Source: Gammaproteobacteria bacterium
GTDB lineage: Bacteria > Pseudomonadota > Gammaproteobacteria > Magnimaribacterales > TMED112
Assembly (NCBI GenBank): GCA_038147295.1
Contig: JAYQTH010000002.1
Span: 74,243-138,242, forward strand
DNA: 64,000 nt
Direction of reading: 5' to 3'
The position numbers were made by a program, and so were the translations under genes. Below the pieces are notes generated by a model that was given only the letters and a program-made list of their open reading frames with translations, was not told the origin of the DNA and searched no databases. How positions within the stretch are numbered: the stretch's first letter is position 1; every line of letters starts with the position of its first letter. This document shows positions 37,516 to 45,480 of the stretch, piece after piece.

Positions 37516-37776
37516 TTAGACCAATGGAGGGGCTCTGGGATTAAAGCCTTTGAGGGTTTCAAATTTTTCCGGAAAAATTGAAACATCTAGAAAGAAGAAA
37601 TCTATTTTTTCAGCTAGCTCAAGCTTATATGGGGTACTTGCTGCAAACTCATTTTCACATACATGACATTCATAAGTTAGGACTTCTTGTTCGGAATAGT
37701 CATGGCTAATTTCATGCAAAGGAGTGCTGACAGCAAAAAGCATGCCTAAAAGAATTATTAAATTCTTCAACTTCAT
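37516..37776 (-). CDS. small secreted Cys/His-containing protein, unknown function
   Basis: 86 aa. Signal peptide (LIILLGMLFAVS), then PLHEISHDYSEQEVLTYECHVCENEF. Lies 50 nt upstream of, and co-oriented with, the HE-rich TBDR. Confidence 0.5.
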   Translation of the reverse strand: MKLKNLIILLGMLFAVSTPLHEISHDYSEQEVLTYECHVCENEFAASTPYKLELAEKIDFFFLDVSIFPEKFETLKGFNPRAPPLV

Positions 37777-37800
37777 AGATGTTTAAAATATAGCAGAAAT

Positions 37801-37947
37801 TTAGTGAATATCTCTTTTTTTCTTTTTGATTCTTTCTCTTTTTAGCTTCTCGTAAAGATTTTGCGTTCTTTCTTCAACAATTTTTTTTGTTGCGTGCCTT
37901 CTTTCTCTAGCTCTTTCCGATTTTTGTATTCTTTCGCTTTTATTCAT
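37801..37947 (-). CDS. candidate 48-aa highly basic small protein (below the ORF-track length cut-off)
   Basis: Minus strand: AAAGGGGGAAAAA-ATG, then MNKSERIQKSERARERRHATKKIVEERTQNLYEKLKRERIKKKKRDIH*. Strong SD, and it fits exactly between the symporter and the 86-aa ORF. Confidence 0.4.
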   Translation of the reverse strand: MNKSERIQKSERARERRHATKKIVEERTQNLYEKLKRERIKKKKRDIH

Positions 37948-37999
37948 TTTTTCCCCCTTTTATATTTAGGATTTAAAAAATTAGGAAAAGTTCAGAAAA

Positions 38000-39748
38000 T
38001 TATGGCTGTCTTATCTCATCAATCATTTTATAAACCTCGGATGGAGGTTTTGGAAAATATTTTGTCGCTGTAATAATTATCAATAAGTTGGCAAGCATAC
38101 CAATGACTCCAAAACCTTCAGGCGATATTCCTAAAAACCAATGGGACGCATTATTTAATTCTGGTGCGTAGAACTTAAAGTAAACAATATAACTTAATGT
38201 TATCGTTAGTCCTGCAAGCATACCCGCTATGACGCCTTCTTTATTTGCAGCTTTATAAAATATCCCCATAAGCAAGGCAGGGAAAATAGTAGAAGCGGCG
38301 AGACCAAATGCTAACGCAACCACTTGGGCAACAAACCCTGGTGGATTGATGCCAAAATATCCAGCAATAATAACTGCAGCTGTTGCAGCTATGCGAGCAT
38401 ATAGCAATTCTTGTTTTTCACTAATATTGGGTCGGAAAGTCTTTTTCATTAAGTCATGAGATATTGAAGAAGATATAACTAGCAGTAACCCAGCGGCGGT
38501 TGATAGGGCAGCAGCTAAAGCGCCAGCTGCAACTAGTGCAAATACCCATCCAGGGAGACTGGCAATCTCAGGATTTGCCAAAACCATTATGTCTCTATCG
38601 ATGTATAGCTCATTTTTATTTGATAAATTTTGCTCATTGGATACCACTCTTTCACCATGTGCTCCTAACTCATCTGAAAAATTTATTTTCACTCCCTCAA
38701 ATGCATTACCAACGGAATATTGTATTGCTCCATCATTGTTTTTATCTTGCCAAGCTACTAAACCGATTTGCTCCCAATTCTTAAACCATTCCGGTGCTTC
38801 AACATACTTAGTATCCTGCAGTGAGTCAGTCAAATTAACTCGAGCAAACGCTCCAACCGCTGGAGCTGTTGTAAAAAGCAAAGCTATAAAAACTAAAGCA
38901 TACCCTACCGACTTACGAGCATCTCTTACTTTAGGCACTGTAAAAAAACGGACAATAACATGTGGTAAACCAGCTGTACCAAACATAAGAGCTGCTGTGA
39001 TACAAAAAACATCTAGGGTGCTTTTTGTGTTTTCGGTGTAAGGCACAAACCCAAGCTCTGTAGTAATTCGATCTAGTTTATCGAGCAAATATTCAGAACC
39101 GCCAACAACAGTGTCTCCAAAACCTAATTGGGGTACTGGATTACCAGTAACTAATATCGAAATAAATATGGCTGGAACCAGGTAGGCAAAAATCAAAACA
39201 CAATACTGTGCAACTTGGGTATAGGTTATACCTTTCATCCCACCCATAACAGCGTAAAAGAAAACGATGACCATCCCAATGATTACGCCTAAGTTAATAT
39301 CAACCTCTAGAAATCTAGAAAAGACTATACCGACGCCTCTCATTTGGCCTGCAATGTAAGTAAATGAAATAAAGATGAGGCAAAGAACAGCTACAATCCG
39401 AGCGACATCAGAATAGTACCTAGTCCCAATGAATTCAGGAACGGTATACTTACCAAATTTTCTTAGGTAAGGCGCAAGCAATAAAGCAAGCAGCACGTAC
39501 CCACCTGTCCACCCCATAAGATAAACTGAACCATCTCGTCCCGAAAAAGCAATGATGCCAGCAATGGAAATAAAAGAAGCTGCCGACATCCAATCTGCAG
39601 CAGTAGCCATACCATTTGCAACGGGATGCACTCCTTTGCCTGCGACATAGAAATCACCGGTATCTTTAGCCTTGCTCCAGAAAGCGATACCGATATACAA
39701 AGCAAAGGTAATACCAACAAATAGATAAGTTAATAGTTGAGTGCTCAT
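38000..39748 (-). CDS. sodium:solute symporter (ActP-like, DUF4212-associated subfamily)
   Basis: 582 aa, SSF-family multi-TM protein. Its start overlaps the stop of the small DUF4212 subunit gene by 4 nt. Confidence 0.8.
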   Translation of the reverse strand: MSTQLLTYLFVGITFALYIGIAFWSKAKDTGDFYVAGKGVHPVANGMATAADWMSAASFISIAGIIAFSGRDGSVYLMGWTGGYVLLALLLAPYLRKFGKYTVPEFIGTRYYSDVARIVAVLCLIFISFTYIAGQMRGVGIVFSRFLEVDINLGVIIGMVIVFFYAVMGGMKGITYTQVAQYCVLIFAYLVPAIFISILVTGNPVPQLGFGDTVVGGSEYLLDKLDRITTELGFVPYTENTKSTLDVFCITAALMFGTAGLPHVIVRFFTVPKVRDARKSVGYALVFIALLFTTAPAVGAFARVNLTDSLQDTKYVEAPEWFKNWEQIGLVAWQDKNNDGAIQYSVGNAFEGVKINFSDELGAHGERVVSNEQNLSNKNELYIDRDIMVLANPEIASLPGWVFALVAAGALAAALSTAAGLLLVISSSISHDLMKKTFRPNISEKQELLYARIAATAAVIIAGYFGINPPGFVAQVVALAFGLAASTIFPALLMGIFYKAANKEGVIAGMLAGLTITLSYIVYFKFYAPELNNASHWFLGISPEGFGVIGMLANLLIIITATKYFPKPPSEVYKMIDEIRQP

Positions 39749-39987
39749 TGTTTATTTTTCTTGTATTTATCGTCGAGCTTATTAAGCAAATGCACGTATA
39801 TAAAAATTAAAATCACAAAAAAGAAAATGCTGCCCTGTTGAGCAAACCAGAAGCCTAACTTAAAACCGCCAAACTTAAACTGATCTAGAAAATCAGATAA
39901 TAAAATTCCAAAACCAAATGAAACAATGAACCATATAGTAAGCAGAATAGAAATGATCTTTAAATTTTCCTGCCAGTATTTGTTCAC
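39745..39987 (-). CDS. sodium:solute symporter small subunit (DUF4212)
   Basis: 80 aa with a GTG start and two TM helices. ..GFKLGFWFAQQGSIFFFVILIFIY.. is typical of DUF4212 partners of ActP-like permeases. Confidence 0.7.
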   Translation of the reverse strand: MNKYWQENLKIISILLTIWFIVSFGFGILLSDFLDQFKFGGFKLGFWFAQQGSIFFFVILIFIYVHLLNKLDDKYKKNKQ

Positions 39988-40040
39988 AACTTAATTATAG
40001 TGAAGTTGAAGGATAAATGAATGATCCTGCCCTTGCTATA

Positions 40041-40832
40041 TTACTGCAGCCGCTTTTTAAGCTCTAAATATCTATCTCGATATTTATCATCCTCATTGGA
40101 TGCAGTGGCAACAATCCATAAGTATTCAACATATAAAGCCAACTTTTTAAATGAATCTAGTACATCTAAATCCATTGCGTTATGAGTGCCAGTGTAGGAA
40201 TTTAAAAAATACTTCTCTTCATCTTGTGACAGATCCAATGCATTAAGGAGAGTTGCAATATCATAATAAGGATGATTTAACCCAGCATAGTCCCAGTCTA
40301 TGAAATAAATGTTATCTGTATAAATTATGTTTGACAGGTTTAAGTCGTTATGACAAAAAACTAGCTTGCTCTTGTCAGCAGTAACTTTTTTTATAAAGCT
40401 TTTTGCATTCTTGCTTACTGAGTCTAGAGCTTGCTCACCAATGGTAAGGAAATATTTCTCTATTTTTTCCTCAAAAAGCTCATACTCATAATTATCAATT
40501 TTTGTGCTATGCAGATCTTGTAACTTTAATGCAATGTCATAAAGAATTTTTTTATTTGGGTGAGGTGCCATTGATGTGCCGTCAATTTTTTCATAAATAA
40601 CTAAATTAGCCTCTTTATCATGATCCAAAAATTTCGGTGTTAGATTATATGGTGCCAACTTGCGATGGATGCTCTGTTCCAGATCTATATTGTTCTCAAA
40701 AAGATTGTGTTTTTTAAATTTTAAGATCGCATCCATGTTGTGGAACCTGCAGGTATAGACTTCTGAAAACTTTGTTTTTTGAAGAATGCCAATGATAGTA
40801 AGATCTCTCTTAAATTTTCCTAAGTTGATCAT
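40041..40832 (-). CDS. APH/choline-kinase-fold phosphotransferase, thiamine kinase (ThiK)-like
   Basis: 263 aa. Brenner motif CHNDLNLSNII and IDWDYAG. Last gene of the TPP-riboswitch operon. Confidence 0.6.
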   Translation of the reverse strand: MINLGKFKRDLTIIGILQKTKFSEVYTCRFHNMDAILKFKKHNLFENNIDLEQSIHRKLAPYNLTPKFLDHDKEANLVIYEKIDGTSMAPHPNKKILYDIALKLQDLHSTKIDNYEYELFEEKIEKYFLTIGEQALDSVSKNAKSFIKKVTADKSKLVFCHNDLNLSNIIYTDNIYFIDWDYAGLNHPYYDIATLLNALDLSQDEEKYFLNSYTGTHNAMDLDVLDSFKKLALYVEYLWIVATASNEDDKYRDRYLELKKRLQ

Positions 40833-40836
40833 ATGA

Positions 40837-41418
40837 TTAGGCGTTTGACCTCATAGCTTGTACCCAGGCCCTGTATCCAAAAACAATAATTACTAGATAT
40901 ATGACAAATAAGACTGCTGTTGGATAAAGTTCACGACTTAAAAAAAGAAAAACAGATACAAAATCAATGACAAACCAATATATCCAATTCTCTAGAACTT
41001 TTTTTGCTACCATAAATGTTGCAAGAATGGCGCCCCAAGTTGTAAATGAATCTATGTATGGGGCAACAGCATTTGAATTGTGTGAAAGCAAATATCCAGA
41101 AATTACAACTATGCATAGAAGAGATCCAATTGCATAAAAATGTTGTTTCTTATTCCATCTTCTTATGCTGAGTTTATCTTGAGCTGATCTTTTGTCCCAC
41201 TGCATCCAACCGTAGATACCCATTCCAACATAAAAGATTTGTAGCGCCGATTCCATTAACAGCCCCGCATACAGCATGACAAATAAATACATTAATGAGC
41301 TTATTATCCACGCGATCCAACACCTAATATCTTGCTTCAATGCCAACAATAGATAAATAATTGCAAGAATAGCAGCCAAGATTTCAAACCAAACGGAATT
41401 TAAGAAGTTAGAAATCAT
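40837..41418 (-). CDS. PnuC-family transporter (PnuT-like, predicted thiamine/thiamine-precursor uptake)
   Basis: 193 aa with 6-7 TM helices and PnuC-like W-rich motifs (..GIYGWMQW.., ..NWIYWFVID..). Overlaps the upstream TBDR by 11 nt. Confidence 0.75.
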   Translation of the reverse strand: MISNFLNSVWFEILAAILAIIYLLLALKQDIRCWIAWIISSLMYLFVMLYAGLLMESALQIFYVGMGIYGWMQWDKRSAQDKLSIRRWNKKQHFYAIGSLLCIVVISGYLLSHNSNAVAPYIDSFTTWGAILATFMVAKKVLENWIYWFVIDFVSVFLFLSRELYPTAVLFVIYLVIIVFGYRAWVQAMRSNA

Positions 41419-43495
41419 ACTTTAATGAAATTCCAAAATGTCTTGGATCTCCATGCCTACGATACAATGTATCAATAAAATCAGGAGCTTCATTACCAAA
41501 GTAAAAGCCTCGTGTTGAATAATATTCATCAAAAAGGTTTTGCACCCAAATATCCAAGGTCCAATCATTAATTATGTGCGTTAATCTAGCATTGGTTAAG
41601 ATATAAGAATCTGATTGATTGTCATGAGAATCTGAGTAATAAAAACTACTTTTGCCAACAAAGTTAACGGACAAAGAGGTATTTAAATTAAGGTTGTAGT
41701 TAATGCCTGATGACAAAGAAAATTTTGGAGCATGTGCTTGTGCCCTACCTGCAACATCAGGACGTGATACCCAATTTTTAATTTCAGTTTCTAAATAACC
41801 TAAATTAACAAAGGCGGAGATATTATCACTCAAATTTATGTCAGCAGTTATCTCTGCTCCATAATTTAAACCTTCAGCAGCATTTTTAGTTAAATAGACA
41901 AAGGTATTGGGGTCATTAGGATCCACCTGCGTTGAGATTAATACTTGCTGATCTTCTCTTAAAGAACGAAATAAGCTCAAACTTAGTCCAATATAGTTGT
42001 TGATTTCTGCATTAAGGCCAAGCTCAACATTTTTTAAGTGTTCTGGCTCGTACTCTAAGTCAGAAGGATCAACTTGCCCGAGCAAACCAAGACCAACGTT
42101 AAAACCACCCTGCTTGTAACCTTTTGCATAACTCAAGTAAATATTATCCCTGTCATTCAGAACATAATTTATTGAAGCTTTGCCCCCAAACATATAGTCA
42201 GACAAATCAAACCGTTCGTTATTTGTATCGGCATATTTTGCAGACCATTCCTCAGCTCTTAAGCCTAGCGAAAAAATTAAGTTGTCAAACCACTCATAAT
42301 CAAAGTTAGAGAAAAATGAAACATTATCAGACTGATAATCACTTTTAGCCAAGCTTAAACTTTCGTAAGGTCCATATGGATCTGTGGGGTCGCCATAAAT
42401 CCCATCATCTTTTCTATCATTGGTTTCTTCAAGAGTTAGATATGATGCGCCTAAAACCCATCTAAAAGGCTGCCCTATATCTTTTGAAACAAGCCTAACT
42501 TCTTGGTTGAATGATTGTCTTTCTCGCAATGTTTCAGAAAAGTAATCATACGTATATGGGGCATGCGAGTCTTGGTTGCCCCAATCTGCATCGTAGCTAA
42601 AAATAACAAACGTATCAGTTGCACTAGTAAAGCTCTGCAACTCAAATTGATCAAATTCTTTAAAGTATTTAAATCCTGCAGTATCTGTTTTTTGAGAGTC
42701 CATCCCTGGCCTATCGGATAGAGTATTTAGAGAATTATCAATCGTCCATATGTCTGCTGGGTCATCCATATCAACTCGACTTAAAAGAAGTTTGCTATTG
42801 CTGTATTCTGATAAATCAAAATCTATTTTTAATCTCAAAGTCTTTTCGTCCTTTCTTGAGGTATTAGATTTATTTAAGTAAATATTTTTTCTAAACCCAT
42901 CGGATTTATCCTGACGAATGGCTAAACGAAACTTAATTTTTTTGTCTGCTGTTAAAGGTCCTCCAAAAGCTGTTCCTAAACTTGATGTATTGTAATTACC
43001 AATGCTCAGTTCAGATTTCCCTTTAAACTCATCGGTAGGCTCATTGGTTGTGATATAAATCAGTCCTGCCAGTGCATTTGCGCCGATTCTAGATGCTTGT
43101 GGTCCTCTAATTACTTCAATTTGATTAACATCAAACAATGTAGCAATACCACCTTGGCCAGAGTAATCAACGTCATCGATTAAGAAACCTATCGATGAAT
43201 TTGGAGTTCCTAAATACCCAGATCGTTCGCCAATTCCCCTGATTTGAAAATACCGAGCTCTTGAATCGCTCGCTGCAAAGTTTAGGTTTGGGACCAGATA
43301 AGAGATATTTTCAAAATGCTTTATGGGTTGTGAATCTATTTCAGATTGACCCAGAATAAAAGTGCTAGCGTCCTCTTCTATCAGTTTGGTTTCACGCCAA
43401 TCTGCCTTAACTACTACTTCTTCAACATCATCATCTGCTAAGCAAATTGATGAAAGTAGAACGATGATAAAAAGATATTTCTTAGTATGTCTCAT
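41408..43495 (-). CDS. TonB-dependent receptor (TPP-riboswitch regulated)
   Basis: 695 aa. Signal peptide, DDDVEEVVV, plug (..IEVIRGPQASRIGANALAGLIYITT..) and a terminal ..FGISLKYDF. Confidence 0.9.
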   Translation of the reverse strand: MRHTKKYLFIIVLLSSICLADDDVEEVVVKADWRETKLIEEDASTFILGQSEIDSQPIKHFENISYLVPNLNFAASDSRARYFQIRGIGERSGYLGTPNSSIGFLIDDVDYSGQGGIATLFDVNQIEVIRGPQASRIGANALAGLIYITTNEPTDEFKGKSELSIGNYNTSSLGTAFGGPLTADKKIKFRLAIRQDKSDGFRKNIYLNKSNTSRKDEKTLRLKIDFDLSEYSNSKLLLSRVDMDDPADIWTIDNSLNTLSDRPGMDSQKTDTAGFKYFKEFDQFELQSFTSATDTFVIFSYDADWGNQDSHAPYTYDYFSETLRERQSFNQEVRLVSKDIGQPFRWVLGASYLTLEETNDRKDDGIYGDPTDPYGPYESLSLAKSDYQSDNVSFFSNFDYEWFDNLIFSLGLRAEEWSAKYADTNNERFDLSDYMFGGKASINYVLNDRDNIYLSYAKGYKQGGFNVGLGLLGQVDPSDLEYEPEHLKNVELGLNAEINNYIGLSLSLFRSLREDQQVLISTQVDPNDPNTFVYLTKNAAEGLNYGAEITADINLSDNISAFVNLGYLETEIKNWVSRPDVAGRAQAHAPKFSLSSGINYNLNLNTSLSVNFVGKSSFYYSDSHDNQSDSYILTNARLTHIINDWTLDIWVQNLFDEYYSTRGFYFGNEAPDFIDTLYRRHGDPRHFGISLKYDF

Positions 43496-43575
43496 GCAAT
43501 TCCTCCGCCATTATTGTATGGATCAGGTTCAAAGGGTTCCTTAAAAGATCTCAGGTAAAACCTCCCCTTTGCACT
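43496..43575 (-). promoter_or_regulatory. TPP (THI-box) riboswitch
   Basis: The minus strand reads UGCAAAGGGGAGGUUUUACCUGAGAUCUUUUAAGGAACCCUUUGAACCUGAUCCAUACAAUAAUGGCGGAGGAAUUGC-AUG. It has the conserved GGGG, CUGAGA, ACCC, ACCUGAUC..AUAAUGG.CG.AGGA elements. P1 (UGCAA/UUGCA) reaches the start codon, and GGAGGA doubles as the SD. Confidence 0.85.
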
Positions 43576-43617
43576 TAAGTTAAGAATAATTTTTTTTGGA
43601 CTATAAATCTAGGTTGA

Positions 43618-43694
<77 letters not shown>

Positions 43695-43782
43695 GAAGAG
43701 AAGACATTATATGTCTAACATCTCTGACTAGAAAGAAAAAAAGAAACTTTTTCGTGCATTAATACGTAATTAATCTGCTGTT

Positions 43783-44628
43783 TCAGCTTTGCGAGGCTAT
43801 TTTTTTTCTCAGATCATCTTCTGGCAGATCATCCACAGCAAACAGGGGTTTATGCGGCCCCAGAGCTCTTGCTTCTGCAATTGATTCAAAAACTGCCTTA
43901 GGAACATCTACCAAATTGAACAATTGATCAAAAGAAGAAATCACAAAGTAGATTGGCTGCATAATATCTATGCGGTAAAGCGTCCTAAAAACTTCAACAA
44001 GATCTAATTCATATCTTTGAGGTTTATTGCTTAAAGCATACTTAGATTCGTTTACAGAAGAAACAATGCCCGCACCATAAATTTGTAAATCTTTGTTGGA
44101 TTGAATCAGACCAAATTCCACTGTAAACCAATACAGTCGTGCAAGCATTATTTGGTCTTCAGCACTAGCACTTGCAGCTAACTCACCAAACTTTTGCATA
44201 AAATCGGTATAGACCTCGTTCATCAACAATGGACAGTGGCCAAATATCTCATGAAAAATATCTGGTTCTTGTAAATATTCAAAGTCATCTTTGGTACGAA
44301 TAAATGTTGCTGCTGGAAACTTCTTCTCTGCCAGTAAGCCAAAAAAACGTTCAAATGATATCAAGGCAGGAACGCCTTCAATTCCCCAGCCTGTTTTTTT
44401 CTTAAGTGTTTCATTTATATTTTTTAATTGCGGCACACTATTTCTTGGCAATCCAATTTCTTCAAGGGCTGACATGTATTCAGGACAGGCTATGCCAGGC
44501 AACGATTTTTCTTGTGCTGCGTAGAGTTTTGCCCAAATTTTGTGTTCGGTATCTGAATAAGTTCTATAGCCATCTTTGTCTGGAACTTTTGAGACATATT
44601 GAGTTTGATTGTGCATTACAGATTCCAT
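43783..44628 (-). CDS. phhA: phenylalanine 4-hydroxylase
   Basis: 281 aa. Aromatic amino acid hydroxylase iron site ..EPDIFHEIFGHCPLL.. and ..YWFTVEFGL... Confidence 0.88.
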   Translation of the reverse strand: MESVMHNQTQYVSKVPDKDGYRTYSDTEHKIWAKLYAAQEKSLPGIACPEYMSALEEIGLPRNSVPQLKNINETLKKKTGWGIEGVPALISFERFFGLLAEKKFPAATFIRTKDDFEYLQEPDIFHEIFGHCPLLMNEVYTDFMQKFGELAASASAEDQIMLARLYWFTVEFGLIQSNKDLQIYGAGIVSSVNESKYALSNKPQRYELDLVEVFRTLYRIDIMQPIYFVISSFDQLFNLVDVPKAVFESIAEARALGPHKPLFAVDDLPEDDLRKKIASQS

Positions 44629-44646
44629 AACTTGATAAGTGAAGTT

Positions 44647-45480
44647 TTAGTTTTTAACTTTTCCTCGACGAAATAGCCAAAAGCCAAGACCAAATGAACA
44701 AATGGTAAATATAGCTTCAGCAATTAAAGCTTCATTTTGACTAGTGCCATAAAAGTTAATTGCCATTAGATTGAATACAAAAGCAGATGCATAAATAGTG
44801 CCTGAAGCAAAAAACCATGTGGGATTTAAAGTAATAATGCCTAGCAAATAAAAAATTGCGTTTGCCATAAAAAATGCCGTCATATCTCTGATTAGAGTAT
44901 TCCTGCCTAAATCTGATATTTCACTAAAATTAAAACCAAAACTTTCTGCAGCTGTTGCAGGATCAAAAATCCAACTTGTCGTAATTGAGAGTATAAGAAT
45001 CAGAGGCAGGCATGCTAGGAATCTAATTACACTCTTAACAGTAAAGTCTTTTTGTATCAAATTAAAGTAACTTAGCCCACCGATATAGCCAGCAGCAATA
45101 TGCAAAATCTGGCCAAATAATGTTCTATTACCAGCAATAGGATGAGTCTTAAAAAGCAGCTCAACCATAAGAATAAGTGCTACACCAACAGCAACGCCTC
45201 CAGCCAAGCCATAGAGATGTGCATTTTTAACTTTAAATACTTTTGCAATGAGAGCTGCAACTGAAAAAGCAATAGCAAAACCAATTGCAAAAACAATTAT
45301 TAAAGGCAGTCCTAATGAAAAAAGGTCAAATAGTATGACTTTAAGCCATATAAATAAATTGGGCTGCATTTCAGACATGCCTAGCCAGATTAAGTTGGAG
45401 ATGGAAGTAATTGGTGTAACTAATGCAGCAGTAATAGCAGCTGCAGCAATCAAAAAGATTGGATATTTCAATATCTGCAT
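44647..45480 (-). CDS. hypothetical multi-pass membrane protein
   Basis: 277 aa with about 8 hydrophobic segments. No family recognised. Confidence 0.5.
   Translation of the reverse strand: MQILKYPIFLIAAAAITAALVTPITSISNLIWLGMSEMQPNLFIWLKVILFDLFSLGLPLIIVFAIGFAIAFSVAALIAKVFKVKNAHLYGLAGGVAVGVALILMVELLFKTHPIAGNRTLFGQILHIAAGYIGGLSYFNLIQKDFTVKSVIRFLACLPLILILSITTSWIFDPATAAESFGFNFSEISDLGRNTLIRDMTAFFMANAIFYLLGIITLNPTWFFASGTIYASAFVFNLMAINFYGTSQNEALIAEAIFTICSFGLGFWLFRRGKVKN

Noticed and set aside
37861-38073. 70-aa plus-strand ORF (FFNNFFCCVPSFSSSFRF...)
   Set aside because: It is low-complexity, overlaps the 3' end of the symporter gene and has no SD. The minus-strand 48-aa ORF with a strong SD explains the region better.
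802-39720. Numerous 60-150 aa track ORFs lying antisense or out of frame inside well-supported genes. Examples: 802-1017, 1593-1841, 4223-4423, 5213-5485, 6325-6687, 6709-7005, 9059-9262, 13401-13637, 14585-14839, 17039-17359, 22746-23129, 23178-23483, 31244-31435, 33358-33594, 38589-39041, 39463-39720.
   Set aside because: Each is fully embedded in a longer ORF with clear family motifs. They have low-complexity or odd composition and no SD. They are typical shadow ORFs of an AT-rich genome.
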